64,000 bases of DNA from Macrostomum lignano (taxonomy: Eukaryota). The notes below the pieces were generated by a model, which had not been told where the DNA came from, did no database searches, and saw nothing but the letters and a program-made list of their open reading frames with translations. The stretch is taken from assembly GCA_002269645.1 (NCBI GenBank), contig NIVC01001658.1:62001-126000 (forward strand). The letters are read 5' to 3'. This document shows, one piece after another, positions 61,401 to 64,000 of the stretch. Each line of letters starts with the position of its first letter. Position 1 is the first letter of the stretch. The position numbers and the translations under genes are program-made.

Positions 61401-62931
61401 TCATAGTAACCATTTGAAGAAAATTTTATAAGCCCATCTACGGAAGCTCCTTATTTTCTCTACGCCGGTTGGAACCCCGGCGTCTGAATAAATTTAACGG
61501 CTGGATAAATTTAACGATAAACAGAGGTGGGGTCAAGTATCTTGATTGTCTATGGACCGATAGCAGGGCCGCTTAGTACGGAAATATTGAATCAATAGAA
61601 GACATCCGTTGTTTCATAATAATTCGATATCTATATAGTTAAGTCGTTCCTGACGCAAAGCCTAATTTACAAACTGGGATGAATTTTTTGCGTCGGTATA
61701 ATGATCGAAAGCAATTGTAGTTTGGATTTGAAAAATATAGTACACCACATCGTTATTTACATGCAATATCATCAATTATATTATCGCGTAGTTGTAGTAC
61801 GTAATGGATAATCCATGCTGCAAACATGTATCTGATATACTGTATAAATCACTACGTGAACTAATTAAATCCATTTATACCTCCGTCCAATTCAGTCGGA
61901 GCTAAAGGCCGCCGCCCCATCTGAGGAGTTCCACTGCCACCTGGGCGCCGATCACGGCATCAAAATGAGTTACAAGCCAATGTACAAGAAGCGCGAAGGT
62001 GGCCAGTCCAAGACGGCACTGTTCTCGCACAAGCAGGTGATCGAATTGCGCAACACTCACCAGAAGCCAATCCGAGTTCAGGTCATCGAGCCGGTGCCTC
62101 GCCCTATCGAGGACAAGATCAAGGTTAGACCAGTAGTCATTCTACAGAGGCCTGCAGTGACATTACTTATGACACACCCGAAGTAGTTAGAATTAAACCA
62201 ATTAACAGTGTAAGACCACGGGTGCTATCGATGCTAAACACTGATCAACAAACATTCTCAGGTGAACATCGTTGAGCCGCCTAAATTGAACTCGGAAAAG
62301 TACGACAAGCAGAAACCGATTCGGCTGAGCAAGTCACACTGCGTCGAATGGGACGTCGATTTGGATGCTGGTAAGCGAGGTTTTTAGAGAAAAATCATTT
62401 GCTTACTGGAGATAATATTTCATATTGTCATGCAAAAACTACGTAATATTCTTTCTGAGTTAGCTTTACCAAAGCTCCATGCTCGACACCAGATCGTCAG
62501 GCCAAAAAGTATTAAATAATGTCGATATGAAACAGTCCGATTTATTTTACCACGTTGCACGTTTCTGTCAAACTAGCGGAATTCTTCAGCTGAAGACAAC
62601 AAAATTATGCAGAATGTATAAATTTAATTTCCCTTCTTAGGATACTTTTCAGGCTATTTAGAATAATTATTATTACCAGATACAATTAATCACGGCTTCT
62701 ATTCAGCGAATAACTTTTTGTTCATTATGAATAACATATAGCTTAGATGCTGTACTTGTACGGGTTCCATATACGACATATCGTACATATATACATAAGT
62801 AAAAATATTAAAATTGGTTATGTTTGACAATTAAATTTCACCTCGCAGGCGAGGGCAAGGAGCTAGTTCTTCGTTACAACATCGAGCTGCCAGCCGGAGA
62901 AACTTTGGAGTACACCGTGTCGGAGAATTAG
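52236..62931 (+). CDS. F37C4.5-like protein (N-terminal DUF4140, coiled coil, C-terminal DUF4139), full gene span; 10 exons, 631 aa
   Basis: Phase-consistent GT-AG junctions, 1896 nt. Family motifs recognised from memory: VTVYLDRAEV, DSIRVE, YVVSRARWSPKYDIRV, YYGMVQQNTGEDW...LST..P, TIPCDGEEHKVTI, PYAYLKAVVTNTS.YALLAGPTNIYVDNNFIGK, LGAD.GIK, EWDVDL. Confidence 0.9.
52514..53310. repeat. 20-bp minisatellite AAATGGTCCATCAATGCTTC (gene 2 intron 1)
   Basis: Read directly. Confidence 0.95.
53599..53887 (+). CDS. F37C4.5-like exon 2 (VEVKGPATI...ATESQ)
   Basis: accAG at 53597-98; cag|GTGAAT at 53888. Confidence 0.9.
53925..54475. repeat. 23-bp minisatellite GGGACTAAAAGTGTCTCATCGTC (gene 2 intron 2)
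   Basis: Read directly. Confidence 0.93.
54574..54812 (+). CDS. F37C4.5-like exon 3, coiled coil (DNASKS...AELQSR)
   Basis: ttgcAG at 54572-73; cg|GTAAGT at 54813, phase 2. Confidence 0.9.
56040..56169 (+). CDS. F37C4.5-like exon 4 (EVSVVLES...ESAMK)
   Basis: ctcAG at 56038-39; aag|GTAAGG at 56170; YVVSRARWSPKYDIR. Confidence 0.92.
56409..56551 (+). CDS. F37C4.5-like exon 5 (IIYYGMVQQNTGEDW...SNKP)
   Basis: tgtAG at 56407-08; cc|GTAAGA at 56552, phase 2. Confidence 0.93.
57893..58070 (+). CDS. F37C4.5-like exon 6a, low-complexity linker (VSFVSS...SMASE)
   Basis: cttcacccAG at 57891-92, phase 2 in; gag|GTAGCG at 58071, phase 0 out; GC-rich against AT-rich flanks. Confidence 0.75.
58541..58814 (+). 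CDS. Candidate alternative exon 6b of the F37C4.5-like gene (DCTTSVT...SGGVKE)
   Basis: gttcAG at 58539-40, phase 2 in; phase-0 donors at 58584 (GTAAAG), 58728 (GTGCAG) and 58815 (GTTTCC); stop-free and GC-rich. Confidence 0.5.
59102..59754. mobile_element. MITE with diverged ~150-bp TIRs and a 6-bp CTAGTA flanking duplication
   Basis: Starts CCAAGG, ends CCTTGG; the arms align in inverted orientation; CTAGTA at 59096-101 and 59755-60. Confidence 0.7.
61040..61312 (+). CDS. F37C4.5-like exon 7 (QAGRAG...NNFIGK)
   Basis: tttacAG at 61038-39; aag|GTGAGA at 61313; 91 codons, DUF4139 core. Confidence 0.9.
61896..62123 (+). CDS. F37C4.5-like exon 8 (SELKAAAP...EDKIK)
   Basis: ttcAG at 61894-95; aag|GTTAGA at 62124. 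Confidence 0.92.
62262..62370 (+). CDS. F37C4.5-like exon 9 (VNIVEPP...DLDAG)
   Basis: tctcAG at 62260-61; gctg|GTAAGC at 62371, phase 1. Confidence 0.9.
62849..62931 (+). CDS. F37C4.5-like terminal exon 10 (EGKELVLRY...VSEN*)
   Basis: cgcAG at 62847-48; TAG 62929-31. Confidence 0.88.
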
Positions 62932-64000
62932 ATATTTTTATTGATTAAAAACGAATGTATCAACTGATCGAACTTTGAAACTATTAGGCACCTGTTACGT
63001 TTATAACAATATAATATTCGCGAGCTTTATTTATAAATGCTTCATTGTAATAACCAAACTCTCGACTATATTGGTTACTAGTATATATTCATGTTTAATA
63101 CACATATAGATATGAAAACATCTAAATACGTATATAGTGTGTTGTTGCGCGCATATTTAGTTCTTAAACAAATTATTAGTCGAAGCTGTTGTTTCTTTGC
63201 TTCTGACTATTTGCTGGCTACTACTGTCTATAACCACAAAGACAGCCCCTCCTGCGCCCAATCCTTCTAAGGCTGTCTATTGTCATAATTTGTTTGCCAC
63301 GTTAATACACGCAGATTAATTATCTTCTCCTAGCTGAGTGCTTTGTGTCGCTTTACCGAAAATATCCATTTTAATTTTTAATTAGCTCGCACGTTAAAAC
63401 GTTAAGATTTAACCGAACTGAATCATAGAGTTAAAATACCATTAAAATTTTTCAGACCATAAGAATCGATTTATGCTTAAACGCTATTCCTCACAATTTG
63501 TGCGTTTGAAATTTCCCATTTGTTCGTTTAAATTCTGTGGCATATTTTGTGCACAAAACTGTACAGACTGCACAAAAAATAATCGCACCAATCGCTTTGC
63601 AATGTCGGTAATGATGTTGAAGTTTTATAGAATTGTTACGATACCCGAGTAGCAATTTACTCATTTTATTTGCTTTTCCGAGCGCAAGCTGACTTTGAAG
63701 TGCTTATATTGCTTTTTGCACTAATTCTGGTAATTCAGTTTTGTTATTATCATGTTTATAGCCGCTCGTAATACGGCACTTTGCCTTCGCAATTCGCTGA
63801 AGCTGTGTAATTCGTTAATTTAGATCGAGATCTTTTAATTGACTTCTCTGATGGAGATAAAGTTGGTTCCGGAATCACTTTTCACTTTCACTACAGAAGC
63901 TGACAACTCAAAGTAGACACGGTTATCTAGATGAGGGTTCAAAGAAACATAGACGTAAAATCGATTAGTTTATTCGTCGTAAATTTTTTATGCTCGTGTG

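Overview
Animal (invertebrate) genomic DNA with spliceosomal GT-AG introns. It is not prokaryotic: I found no rRNA, functional tRNA or CRISPR. Two complete plus-strand genes were assembled by hand from splice sites and reading phase. (1) A CAPS/CADPS (unc-31) dense-core-vesicle priming factor: 15 coding exons, 3421-40726, 4143 nt, 1380 aa. (2) An F37C4.5-like DUF4140/DUF4139 protein: 10 exons, 52236-62931, 1896 nt, 631 aa. Much of the window is tandem repeat. Thirteen of the 14 CAPS introns contain their own unrelated mini- or microsatellite, mostly with 19-25 bp units, and nearly all long ORFs in the supplied track are translations of these repeats. Also present are a tRNA/CORE-type SINE, a retroposon with a (TAG)n tail and a ~20-bp TSD, a foldback element, and a two-copy MITE family. 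The most interesting candidates are two frame-preserving 12-nt microexons (ECRE, RAKE) flanking a 7.7-kb satellite in CAPS intron 10, a probable mutually exclusive exon pair in the DUF4139 gene, and the intron-by-intron minisatellite architecture. The repeat style and GC-rich exons recall Macrostomum-type flatworms, but that is a weak inference. All gene models are predictions from sequence alone.
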